The notes below the pieces were generated by a model. It was not told where the DNA came from and ran no database searches. It saw only the letters and a program-made list of their open reading frames with translations. A DNA stretch of 64,000 nt from Trichosphaerium sp. ATCC 40318 (Eukaryota > Protista > Tubulinea), in contig JALMLS010000593.1 of the NCBI GenBank assembly GCA_038496445.1, positions 62,001-126,000 on the forward strand. Direction: 5' to 3'. Both the position numbers and the translations under genes were made by a program. This document shows, in pieces, positions 52,288 to 64,000 of the stretch (position 1 is the first letter of the stretch; each line of letters starts with the position of its first letter).

Positions 52288-53786
52288 ATGTTAGATGTTT
52301 ATTCACCTCAAACGAGCCATTGTGACCCCTCATCGCCTTCTCCTTCATCTATATACTCATTAGGCGATTCTATAGTACTTGGCGAGGAAGGAAAACCAGG
52401 AAATGCAGAAACACCTTCCCCTTTGATATCTACGACGAGTTGCAGCGAAACAGAGCCAACAACACCTCCTTTCTGTGAGCAATCGCCCTTCACACTAAAA
52501 GTGATCAACACTGCACCCAGCGCATCAAAATTACTTGTAACCTCCGAAACAACACTCAACGAGCTAACTGAAGCGCCCCATCGTGATGGCGTCACGGTTA
52601 CGCTAAAGTACACATCAGAGCATGCTGATGGCTCATACACTACAGAACGCGCGTCAATATTTGTACCAAAGGCGAGTTTCACGCGTTACAAGCAGGTAAA
52701 AATATCTAAATTAGTGGCAACACTGTGCACCAATTTCTCTTCTCACACGCTCTGCTAGCTCACACGTAACCACGTTGTAAACTGGGAAGTACTACAAGAC
52801 GTTCTATCTCGCGTTGAGGACGTAGTTAAAGTTCCAGTAAACGATGTCATACACGTTTGGCCAAGAGTCACTGAAACAATATTTGACCCTGACCATCTTG
52901 TATTGGGTCCTACAGAAGGTTGGGAACATAACACGTTGGAAGCCAACAACGTACGTTTACAAGCAACTGAGAATTTTATTTTTTTTTTATTTTTTTGTGT
53001 TTAATTATTTTCTTGCTTTGGTGCTTATTATTTTAGGTTTATATTGCTCCTAGTATTATAGATGTACCTGGTGGAAGTGCTGGTAATGGTGTATTTGCAA
53101 ATAGAGGATTTAGGTACGTGTAGAAACGATTTTTTTTTCTGAAAAAGTAACTTTCAATTTAGGGAAGGGGAAATTATTGCATTTTTTGGAGGACGTTTAC
53201 AACATGAGAGTAATAAGATGGAGATAGATTGCGATAGTGATTATGTACTTGTAATTGGAAAAGGATGGGAGATTGATGGTACAACCACAAACCCTTTTTT
53301 TTGCCACTTTTTTGACGCTTTGTTTTTTTTTTTCAAGGTAAATGGGCCGAAAATACTTTAGGTCACATGATTAATTCTACAACGCCAGAAACAGGTTATT
53401 TTAAAACAACAGGAAAGCGTGTAAAGCGTAATGTGAGGTTTGGCCGTTTTGCTGACCTTATTAAATACAACGGTATTCTACCAGGTACATGAACGTCAAC
53501 AGCTCCTTTTTGTTTCGCGTGCTTTTTGATTTTTTTTTTTTGAATTCCCTTTTTTTTGTTGTTGGTTTTTTGAAGCTGACCGGTGTGTTTAGTACGCGCA
53601 GATCGATTCATTCGCAAAGGCGAAGAGTTAATCACTAGCTACGGTATCAATTTTTGGCGAGTTAGGAACTTGAAGCGTAAATTGACTGAAGGACCTAATC
53701 TTTTCAATGATAATAAGAGAAGATGTAGGCGGAAAGCAAACAAAAAGATGGCAAGTGTCATTGAATTTTTAAGGAGTGAAGACTGA
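52288..53786 (+). CDS. SET-domain lysine methyltransferase without pre/post-SET cysteines
   Basis: SAGNGVFANRGFREGEII, GHMINS, RFIRKGEELITSYGINFW; S/P-rich N-terminus. Confidence 0.85.
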
Positions 53787-54070
53787 AGAAAACAGCAGAA
53801 TAATTAGTCCCTGAAATATGTTGTTTACAGTCCCTAAACACCGTTGTAGTATTGAAAAGAAAAAGAATGTAACATAAGTAAAAAAACAAAAACTGGTAGT
53901 TCAGTTCTATTCATTTATTCTACCTTATAAAACCAGTACTTTCAAGGCGTGGTTTGAATGATTTGAAGCGTAACTTGAGCGGATTAAGTCCTTTTTTCCA
54001 ATGAACGCGTTTGGACTCAAGCTTTCAGTGATAGGTTGAACTACCGTTGGTTTCAGGTTTGTAGGATTGC

Positions 54071-55284
54071 ATGTCGAGGTATGGCATACCTCAATGGACA
54101 CCGCACAGTATTTACCATAATTCTCGGGTATTGTACGCATCAAAAGTATCTACTGACCTTCCTGACAGCGTAACAATGTAATTCTTGAGCAAATTCCAGC
54201 TAGAGAATATACTACGTACGTTAGCAGCTGTTTAACGTGGTGATGTAACTGATTTACGCATAGAACACGTTCTGGAAAGCTTAAATGCCTTGTTTGCCCG
54301 TGGAAACCTGTTTTTGATAACGGGCAAGCTCTTGGTGTTCACAGGAATGGCAAGAAGCATAAAGCACAGGTTAGTCGCGTATTCACCCATTTATAAGCGA
54401 AAAAGACGTCATAATTAAAATAGGGTGCAAGGAATAAGAAATCACAACGCCAAGTGGCTTACATACCTGATATCCAACGTGTGAATGATCCAGCACCTAT
54501 TCTCACTGCAGTGCGCTCGGCTGATTTATCTGGTGGGCATGAAATGTACTGTGACACTTTGACACTTGATCCAGAAATAGTTCTATCTAAACTATTTTAG
54601 ATCTAACAAACGAAAACAACCATTTAGTACAGTAGCTACAAATAACGAACAAGATTTTTTTGAACCTGTGTGGAAGAAGCAAAAGGTATGTCAAGGAGAG
54701 CGACGGTAATTAAGATAAATGACTAAATGACACGTGTTAGGTTGAGACGTTGAACACACAACCCATTGTGAAGCGTGGCAATCCTGTACGACGCACGCCA
54801 GCAACTTACAATAACAAATCTCATCATCACGTTCCAATACCTCCTTCGTGGCAAGCCTCGAGTAGCTCTGTTAATGAGATTAAACCTGTGGTACCACAGG
54901 GAACTTCAGTGAGAGATTTAAAGAAGGAAAGTGAGTGTACGCAATACTATGCGCGGATACAATCGCTTGGGTGGAAGAGGAGCGAAGCAGGTTAGCAAAG
55001 ATTCTTTAAATACAGTTTTATTTTTAACAGCATTGATTACAGGAGAATGGTTTAAAGATCCTGAGCTTGAATGGGAGTCAGACGATGATGAACCTCCTGC
55101 ACCACCAGAGCATTTAGGTATTGAGCTTGTAATTCAAAAGGACTCAGAAGAATTACAAACAAATGAAAAGATTATAAAGCCAAAGAAGGAGCTTAGTGCT
55201 GAAAAGAAGGAAAAGGTTGCAATAAAGCGAAGAAATAGGAAACAAAAGCAAAAAAAGAACAAAGAAACGTTGATAATTTCATAA
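54071..55284 (+). CDS. SCNM1: SCNM1-like minor spliceosome zinc-finger protein
   Basis: GKLKCLVCPWKPVFD..HRNGKKH finger and acidic motif SLGWKRSEAGEWFKDPELEWESDDDEPP. Confidence 0.85.
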
Positions 55285-55665
55285 TTTTTTTTGAACGTGG
55301 GCTACACGCTAAACTGACAAAAAAAAAATTATCACGTGACCAAAAAAAAATCTAGTCCGGGTGATTTATCGTAATCGGCACCCGTGTGCCACTCGAATAA
55401 GCTAATTTGCCAAATAAAGCCTACCAACAAAAAAAATTATTCAACCCCTTCCTTCGCTTCAACCACCTCACGACCTTCAAGCGAAAAAAGAAGGAAAAAC
55501 ACTGAGACAAAAAAAAAAAAAAAGCTACAAACGCGGAATTTAATTAAATAAAAACAAAACAAAGCCAAGGCCTTTCTTTAAAATAATTTTTTTTATTTTT
55601 TTCTACAATACACACAGTCGTCACCAACAAAGGAATTTTGTTTTTAAAACCTACTCATTACCCAT

Positions 55666-56499
55666 CTATAAAAGAGTACAAGAGCGTCCTAATATCTTAC
55701 CACCTTTTCTCTTTGATTTAGTTGTCTTACCACCAGGTCCAGAGACTTGAATAGGATTATCATGTTCGTGATTACGTATCTCCCTTACAAGCTCGAAAAA
55801 GCAGTTATCCACGTTATGGCGTGTTTTAGCGCTTGTTTCAAAAAAAGGTATTTTCCTCTCCTCTGCCCATGTTTCTGCCTCGGCTGTTGATACCTGCCTT
55901 GAATCTTCAAGATCAGCCTTGTTTCCAACTAAAACAATTGGTGCACGATCATCATCCTTTACGCGTAAAATATGCGTGTAGAACGTCTCTAACTCTTCAA
56001 AAGATGATCTTGTGCATATAGACTAAACGTATAGACATAAATAAACCGGAAGAAACAATCAGTTGTTACGCACGTAGCACAAAATAAAACCTTGACCAAA
56101 TCGCATGTATTGATCACGCATAGCAGAATATTCTTCCTGTCCAGCTGTATCTAGAATATCAAGCAAGCACGTTTCGTTATCTATCGTTACTTGTTTTCTG
56201 TTTAACAAAATAAAGGTTAAAAACTTGATTATTGGGTTGATACAAGACAAGGTAGAGATGTAACAAGGATAATTTCTTTTTATGTTTTTTGAACAAAAAA
56301 AAAAAAATAGATTGGACTGGTAAGATGGGTTAAGATGGGGTTAAATAGGTTACCTGTAATTATCTTCAATAGTTGGATCGTAAACAAATACGAAATGTTG
56401 GTGGCAAAATTGAATTGACAGTGCGCTCTTACCAACACCACCGCCGCCAATAACAGCGATACGGTAAATAAGAGAGCTTGATGCAGGTTGTTCAGACAT
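55666..56499 (-). CDS. Ras-family small GTPase
   Basis: [41 protein letters not shown], CaaX CTLL. Confidence 0.96.
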
Positions 56500-56869
56500 T
56501 TTAGTTGCTATTGTTGGGTGTTGAGCTGGAGAAATTGGTTAGTTTTGATTTGAAAAACAATTAAGTTTTTTTTTAAAATGTTTTAATGCCGTTTGGAGGT
56601 TGTTTAAAACATAAATTTGAAGCAAGTGTTACCTTTTCTACTGGTGTTTGTAATTGGTTGAGATTGAAATGTAACTTTGCAGTTTTGTTTTAAGTCACGT
56701 TTTCAGGCCAACTGAAAAAAAAAAAAAACACGTGTTGCGAAGAGTTATCATGCCTTTTCTAGGATTGGCCGGCCTTGGCTAAATCATTTTTTGTTTCACT
56801 TTGTGAATGGTATTATTGAAGGGTTTTATGCAGTTTCACCGGTTTTTTTATTTATTTATAATTTTTCTG

Positions 56870-59800
56870 TTATTTGAGTTTTGTGTACGAGTTTTTGAGC
56901 GCTTCTGCAATAAATGACTTGGTATCATCATCACTAAACTCGGAACCAACAACAGCAAGGTATATCCAAGCAGGAAGGAACTGAGCGTCCATAACACCTT
57001 CCATGTCACAAATCTAAAAAAGTTTTAAAATACTCCGATCTTTTGTTAACTAGTTTTCTTCACTTGACGTACTACTTCCTTGTTGGGTATTTTATCTCTA
57101 AGCATGTACTGTACAACGTAGTCTATATTACAAGGTACAGAACGAAGAATATCAACGACCTTGGCCTGAGAACTGTAAGAAGGGAACGGGAGCAGAGAGC
57201 AATTAACGGTTCATCTAAGCGCGTACCTCATTGTTCAAGCGACTCAATAGCATATTTTTAAGCATTGTATCTTGTTTGCTATTTGATAGTTCTCGAACTA
57301 TTTCTGCTACAAATGTAGGCGTCAACTCGAATACCTCCCTCTCAACGTATTGTAGGAAAACACTAAACAGAAATAAATTTCGGTGAAAGTTTAAAAAAAA
57401 ATCAAACATAGAAACTTTTTTCCGCTCTTGAGCGTTAACTATCCTTGTTGCCACTTGAGTCCTTTGTTTCTTTGTGTACAATTAAAGACGTACGTTTTAG
57501 GTAACGTGCGCCATCCAAGAGTGGCAAAGTGCTCATGGAAACCTTTAGGGAAAGGAAACAATAACTCTTCTAAAGCACAATGAAAGTGAGATAACACTTG
57601 GAACTGGATATATTCATCCTTGTTCTCAAGACTTGTTTTAATTATATTGTAGTATAGAATGTTGGCTTGAATGACCTGAATAGAGAAGGTATGTTAGGGA
57701 TACATGTGAGTTTGTACCCGATCGGTTTTTTTAGTCACGTGCCTGGAGGGTGCGGTATAGAATAGCCCAACGAAACGATACCTCTCTTGTTATTCTTAAC
57801 TCTTTGTTAAATTGTGAAAAAATATGTTGTCCGAGTGCAGTCACTATTTCGATACGTTTTGGGTCTGGTGGAAAATCGGAAGTGTCCAGTTCTGGACTTA
57901 GTGTGTCTACATAGATAGATTAGAAAAAGAGATACAAAAAAAACCAAGGCTGGGATTTGCATCAACAGAAATGAAACACAGTAAAAAAAAAAAACCTTTC
58001 GATATTTTTGTCTCCACCTCGAGGAGTAGTTACGCGCAAATAAAAATAAGTGTATGTGTAATACCTGGTTCTTCCATTAACTCATCTTCAATACCAAACA
58101 TATTTTTAATGCCAGATAAGAACCTACAACCCAAAATTAGAAAAAAGCCAAACGGCCAGTTTAATTTTTTTTTCTAAAGTGGATTACCTTCTTATGCCAG
58201 GAGAAGACTGACTCTCACTATTGCGTTTTATAGTATCAATTTGACTTTTTGAAGATGCACCTAAGTCTTTGTTAATGTTATTAACGCAAAATCAAAGAAT
58301 CTGTACGTGATAGAGATGCGATAACTTCAGTTCTTTCATAAGTAGGAAGAATAACATCTTCAAGTGAAAATCTGACTCTCTTCGTCCTAGAAAATCTTGT
58401 CGCAGTCCTAAAGGATAATAAGTTATCAGTATAAAAGAAGGAGATGACCGTCAAGTAAACGAATATCAAAAACTATTCTAACCTTGCGCGGTCGGATATT
58501 GGCATTGACCAAAGTTTTATGTTTGTTAGATATCTTGTTGGTAACTTCTTTATAGTGTCCCTCTTGATCGGATAACAAGAAGTGATTGGTAAAGCATTAA
58601 CGATAGCCATTGCTCTATTTTTCTTTGCAGTGATACGTTTAGCAAACGCAGCATAAGGCATACCTAATAAAGAAGTAAACAACAAAATAACAGCGCAAGA
58701 AAAAAATTTTGTGTCAAAGACTTTCTTCTTTCACAAAACGCCATCCGTACCGATCAGGTACTCCTTGAATAGGCCTGCTGTAACATTGAAAGGGTGATTT
58801 GTACATATGTGCATCATCATCTGTTAACACGTGTTATGTTAGTACACGTGTGATAAAGCTTAAATATTTTGCTTGTCGTACAGATGCAACAAGTTCAGGA
58901 TCTTGAAGATGTATTATAGCCAAGTGGAGTGCTTGATTATGAAGTTCTGAAGATGAAGAATCGAAAATTTTTAATAAAACAGCACGGTTTACTGTCATTG
59001 AGTAAAGTGAGCCATCACGTTTGTCCTTAATCATATGAACTAGTATTGAAGTTAATTAATGAAGAAAGTCAAAATTAAATCAAAATTCAATTTAAAATGT
59101 TTACGTGTATGTGTCCTCTCTGGGTTAATTACTTCAAAAATCTCAGCAACACCAAGTTCATTTTCTTCTTGATTAGGAAGAAGAGTCGAAAATTTTGCAC
59201 CTAAACTCAGGTTGGTTAGTGAAAAATTAAATCCAATTTTTTTTTTCTCCAAATTAACACTTGGTGCTAAAGGGATCGTACCGTTAAGTATTAGGTTGAA
59301 ATGTGGATCATATTTGACACCACATACAATGAATTGTAGATGGTAGCCAGGAATATAAACAAGAAGCAAGTCATTCAAAGAGTCAAACAGCACCTAAAAG
59401 CGTCCATCAGTTTAGTTGTTTTTTTCAGAAAAAAAAAAAATCACATATTTCTACGTACACGCGTTTTTCTAGCGCGCTCATCGCTTATATTTCTGATAGG
59501 TATAGAAAACTGAAGTTTAATATCTTGGTGGATCATAAAGATAGATATTTGGATTGATGCCAGGTGCTAGCGAGTACTTAATTTCTGGGAACTGATTGCA
59601 AAAAAAAAACTATCGAATTGAAATTGTCAAATACCTTGCTGTCTGTGAACCCATGTTGTTGACACAAGCAAATAGCATCCTCCTTCTAATACGCCAATAA
59701 GTGATTAACACAATAGGGAATTATCAGCGTACATCTGCAGAGGGCATACGGACGATATGAAGGTAGTCATCAGATACTCGATTTATACGGTTTTCTACAC

Positions 59801-60933
59801 ACAAAATCAATGGCCTAGTGATTATAAGCTTTGTGCTTAGACGTACGAAAGTCAATCTCTATGAATCTTCTAAAAACCAAATTACACCTCTTCTCAGGGA
59901 AGTTATAACAAGAGAACATGTGAAATGATGTATCTGTCTTTTCAATAATATAAAGCAAAGATCTTACTGGATCCCACTCAAACCAGCTCACTTTCTTACA
60001 TATTGTTGCTCTGCATACAGTTGTAGGTTTCTTTGCCTATTGAAAAAAACAAAATAAAGGTCAGTAACATCGTTATACTTTGTGTGCGTATCATGCAAGT
60101 CAAACAATGCGTTGACTTCGCCCCAGAAAAACAAAAAATTGCGCGACATTTGACGCAACACTCGAACTTGCATGATACCCACAACCTTTTTGAGAATAAT
60201 CACGTGAATGATCACGTGCCTTAATAATTATTTCGTATATCATTGCTCTGTTTTTATGTATATGTACAATAGTACTCTTATTTGCCCTTCCAGAGGGCAA
60301 AAACTAGAAGAAACAGACGTCAGGAGATGTGTTTTAAAAAAAAACAATGTTCTTATTTAGTGTACTTGTATTCTCTGTGGTTCATCTGTTTGTTCAAGAA
60401 GAGTTGGGTGTAAATAACGAGTATCAACAACCCACGAGTTCCATACGTCTTTTTGTGTTAGGGATCCTTGTTTTGTGCGTATCTGGTCCGTAGATCGCGT
60501 CGTATAGCCTAATTAGTGTGAGTGACACTTACTTTTTGAGTTTTCTTACATAATAACGCGTGTTCGCCTGTCTTTTCTACTGTACAGCTAACACAGTTGA
60601 TTGCCTTAGGGAAAGCGTACAAACTGATCAGTTTTTTGCTGTGGACGTTGTAAATGTCAATAAAAGTTACTATTTCGCCTGTCTATGCGCTGTTTTAGTT
60701 ACTGACAAAGTAGAAGTGAACTTCTCGACTTGTAAAAAAGAAAACGTAAAATTACGCACTGCGTTGTACGCCAAACGGCTAATAATTATCTTCCCATTAC
60801 GCTCCTGTCCTACAGTTTTAAAGGCGCACTGCTTTTCCGTTATTTGGTCATCTTGGCCTTTGTGTAATTGATAGTCTGGTAGGTATGGGTATATAGTGCT
60901 AGAGAACGAGAAGTACTCCGCCAAGCGCAGCAT
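56870..60933 (-). CDS. GSAP: Gamma-secretase-activating protein (GSAP/Pigeon) homolog
   Basis: N-terminal VGQERNG, WFEWDP, VYIPGY, C-terminal LFPFPKGFHEHFATLGWRTLP..FLQYVEREVFELT matching the GSAP C-terminal domain pattern. Confidence 0.8.
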
Positions 60934-61031
60934 TGCGTTGTTTCTAAGCCTAAATTGACGCTAAACGACGCACAGCGAAAAAGTCACGCAAAGTCGTTAA
61001 TTAACGCAAAGAATCGACTACGTGATAAACC

Positions 61032-62402
61032 ATGGGTAGTGGAGGCTCCACACAAAAAGAAATTCCAGACCCGAGGATAGAAAACAAATTACGCAATCCA
61101 ATACCCATATTTTCGCCCATTTCGTCCCCTGATCATGTTATACCACAAAACAGCTTCTCTCTAGAAGCAACATCGCCTCGTAGCCCAGGTATTACAATAA
61201 CTACCACGTTTTATTACCTTACTAGCTTTCTAGATGGTGGTACAGCGCTTAGAGCAGACGTAGAGTTGGTGTCACATACTTTCAAATGGAATGGCCCGAG
61301 TGGTTCGGATGTTGCAGTAGCAGGTACGTAGAACGGTTTTAATCGCTATGGGAGTATTGTACCGATCCGAAATAGACATCCAAGCAATTTACGCGTTTTT
61401 TTGTTTTCCCAGCGACTCGTTTTCAAATAAAATGTAGGCACCTGGGATAATTGGAAAGTACGTGTAACAATGTCATATGCAGATGGTCATTATATTTGCT
61501 TCATGGTGCGTCACAAAGAAAAAACGTTAAAGTGTCATCAAATGTCCGTATGGTCGGAAAAGCGGACCACTTTCTGGATATTACAACTTTTTTTCCGAGT
61601 TTTCTACGCTCTGCTTAACACGTGTTTGAAAGAACACTTCTGTGTTTGTCATTGAGGAGTTAGACATGGCGAAAACTCGCAGAAGAAAGCTATTCTATCC
61701 GTCTCTTTGCCAACCAAATATCCGAATTAACTTTTTTTTTGTTTAGGATCTACCTGTTGGTACTCATGAGTACAAATATATTGTTGACGGTATATGGGTT
61801 TACACAAAAAACTTACCTATCACACGTGATCAAAAAGGGAATATTAATAATGTACTAACATTACAACCAATCGAGCCAATAACACTTAAAATATCATCAT
61901 CTCCTCCAGGTAAAAAAAAACCCAAAAAAAAAGACCACTCGCTGACATCCCTTGTCTTTTTTTTTTTTCGTTGTTGAGTACTAAAGTTGCTTTATTAGAG
62001 AGTTACACACAAGAAGAGCCAGACTGGGATAACTTATCAATAATGTCTGAGGCTCACCGTAGACGATACGGAACTGGTCCAGTTCAACTTCCAGCTCACT
62101 TGGAACGTGCATTATTGAATACAGCAGCAAATCCTGAAGATCCAACTATATTACCTTTACCTCATCATACATTGTTAAATCACATGTACAGTTATCCAGG
62201 TAAATGTTCAAACAACAAAATCCTACTTTTTTCTTCTTTTTTTTTGACTTTGAGGGCTCTTAACTGATTTGGTTTTATAGGACGCAAGGCGTCTGAAGAT
62301 GACCCAGGACTACTTATTTATGGTCTATCCTTGAGATATAAGAAAAAGTTTGTAACATATGTGTACCACAGAGCGAGCCCAACTGACGCAAATGAAAGTT
62401 GA
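61032..62402 (+). CDS. PRKAB: AMP-activated protein kinase beta subunit
   Basis: Myristoylation-type MGSGGS, CBM (VAGTWDNWK, HEYKYIVDGIW, GNINN), ASC domain (LPAHL, LPLPHHTLLNHMY, RYKKKFVT). Confidence 0.96.
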
Positions 62403-63151
62403 TATTCTTCTCTTTCTCCATTAACTTTGTACACAGTGTTAAAAAACCTGTAAATACATCCCTTTTGTAAGATAAATACATTTTATATTAAGTACACCTG
62501 CTCACCATGTTTCATTTGTACACCTTCTCTCTTTTTTGTACATAAGGAGGAACCATTGGTTGGTATGAAGCAAGTTAGTTTGGTGGATCAACTCGCCTAC
62601 ACGCATGACAATAGAATGAACGTACTGAAAGCGAACCGACAAATTCTACAAAAAACTAGTCATTTCACAATTTCAGAGTGGCGTTTTCTACTTTTCTTTG
62701 TAACTCAATTCACCGAATATCCTTTGGACATTGTCAAACAAACATAGAAAATGGTCTTTAGCATCACCATACTGCGCTGGAGCAATCAAATGAACCTAAC
62801 CTAAAATCTACACAGTAATAAGAACGTATCGTTTAGTACCACGTTTTTGCGAACCAAAACCTCATAATACCGTTCTCACACATGAATAATAGGTTGTACA
62901 AGGGTTTATTAGTGTTTTGTAATGTGCATTATCCATATTTAGAGTATCAAAGTAGATTTTTCAGTGAATTAGATCGAACTATCCGAATTTACCTTTGAGC
63001 AATGTAAAACGAAGATATAAAACGCTCATAAACACCAATGCAACGCAATGGAGCAAAGGAAATCATTTTTTATCGATATTTCTCAATACCACTTTTTATT
63101 TTTATCAACAAATGAATGGTACATAAGTATTTCAATTTTCCTTATATATCA

Positions 63152-63414
63152 GCGAGGAAAGCAGTGTGTGGTAAACGTGTTGCAGTAGCTGGATACAGTT
63201 CCGCGACAAGGAATAACATCTCGGCTACATATGCTCCACCTACGCAGTAGGCCTGTCCTGTCCATACTATCAAATGTGGACTGGGCTAGTCCACTTGTGT
63301 AGACCGTACACCGTTATTCCAGCACCGTTCATTATCACTGAACGATGAAGGCACCCCATTGCGCAGTCGGGTGCTGTCTCAAACCGACAAGATTGTCTTT
63401 TTGCTAGAACAGTT
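63152..63414 (+). ncRNA. Candidate snR30/U17 (SNORA73)-like structured RNA
   Basis: At least six stems; m1-like TTATTCCA (63314-63321) and m2-like AAACCGA (63381-63387) flank stem AGCACC/GGTGCT; H-box-like ATACTA at 63264; ACA at 63409; T-runs at the 3' end. Confidence 0.5.
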
Positions 63415-63632
63415 TTTATTAAAGTACCAACGAAAAAGACAACCAAATGAATGTGTATGTGTATTGTTAGCATTTCATTTATACCGCTTTTTTTTACAAA
63501 GAAAACTGGCAAAGTTGTATCTTTTAGCGAGGTTACAAAGAAAAAATCGCCAAAGGAGTTTGAGTTGCAGTTTGTTGAAAACTTAAGTCCACCAAAATAT
63601 TACTTTAAGTTTATTACTATTACATCACAAGG

Positions 63633-64000
63633 TTAAATATAAGCCTCTGAATATGATTCTTTTAAATTTGAAGGTCCACCAGACGACATTAAATCTCTTC
63701 TTGGAAAGCTATCTGGATTATATGTACGCACAAGATCTTCTAGTTCTTCCAAGATCTTTGATCTCAGCACAAAAAGTTCTGATACTTTCGAAGGTTTGGA
63801 CAAAGAAGTAGCAAAGAAGTTTAGAAGAACTGGAAATGTTCTTATAACATGTGCTTGATGTTCAATGGAATACAAGTGAATAGCAACATAAACAAGATAT
63901 CCTTTAAGATGAGTTAGTTGTGGTAGACTAGCTTCAAACAAACGAAGCTTCAAGGTAGAAAAAAAAGTTACCTATTAAAATAGATACACATTGTTGTGTT
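63633..64000 (-). CDS. Last exon of an unidentified protein gene starting beyond the window
   Basis: Open frame of more than 100 codons ending ..KESYSEAYI* with an intron acceptor near 63970. Confidence 0.6.

Noticed and set aside
4806-53786. Functional chromatin gene cluster (UHRF1, sirtuin, CenH3, SET)
   Set aside because: Widely spaced among unrelated housekeeping genes; compatible with chance.
62793-62804. AACCTAACCTAA as telomeric repeat or telomerase template
   Set aside because: Only about two units, host telomere sequence unknown, no supporting structure.
63270-63586. ORF-track ORFs over the 63.2 kb island
   Set aside because: Non-ATG starts, no homology, and they run through AT-rich spacer; RNA structure explains the region better.
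1-64000. CRISPR arrays, tRNAs, rRNA, transposases or viral inserts
   Set aside because: None recognisable; all identified genes have host-type spliceosomal introns.

Overview
AT-rich, gene-dense, intron-rich eukaryotic nuclear DNA; no CRISPR array, tRNA, rRNA or transposon is recognisable. Most introns are about 40-90 nt, so the supplied ORF track only shows exon fragments; I stitched gene models by hand at splice sites and their ends are best estimates. Gene content (major vault protein, Bmp-domain class C GPCR, interaptin-like protein) suggests a free-living amoeboid protist, probably an amoebozoan (inference). About 30 protein genes are present: MVP, UHRF1-like, TRAPPC5, IBA57, CH-CH coiled-coil tail-anchored protein, cytochrome P450, SLC17 transporter, ILRUN, multi-CX9C protein, dihydroxy-acid dehydratase, a frameshifted Zn-less sirtuin, tepsin, CRT10-like, COG3, CenH3, FPGS, Grl GPCR, TNFAIP8-like, C2 protein, PARP16, SET protein, SCNM1, Ras, GSAP, AMPK-beta and several hypotheticals. 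Most notable: (1) about ten GC-AG introns, seven with the identical donor GCACGTGA, in a window where CACGTG is strongly over-represented; (2) two GC-rich structured intergenic islands, one resembling snR30/U17 snoRNA; (3) a U12-type intron plus the minor-spliceosome gene SCNM1; (4) an animal-like UHRF1 with a Cys-rich insertion in its SRA domain.
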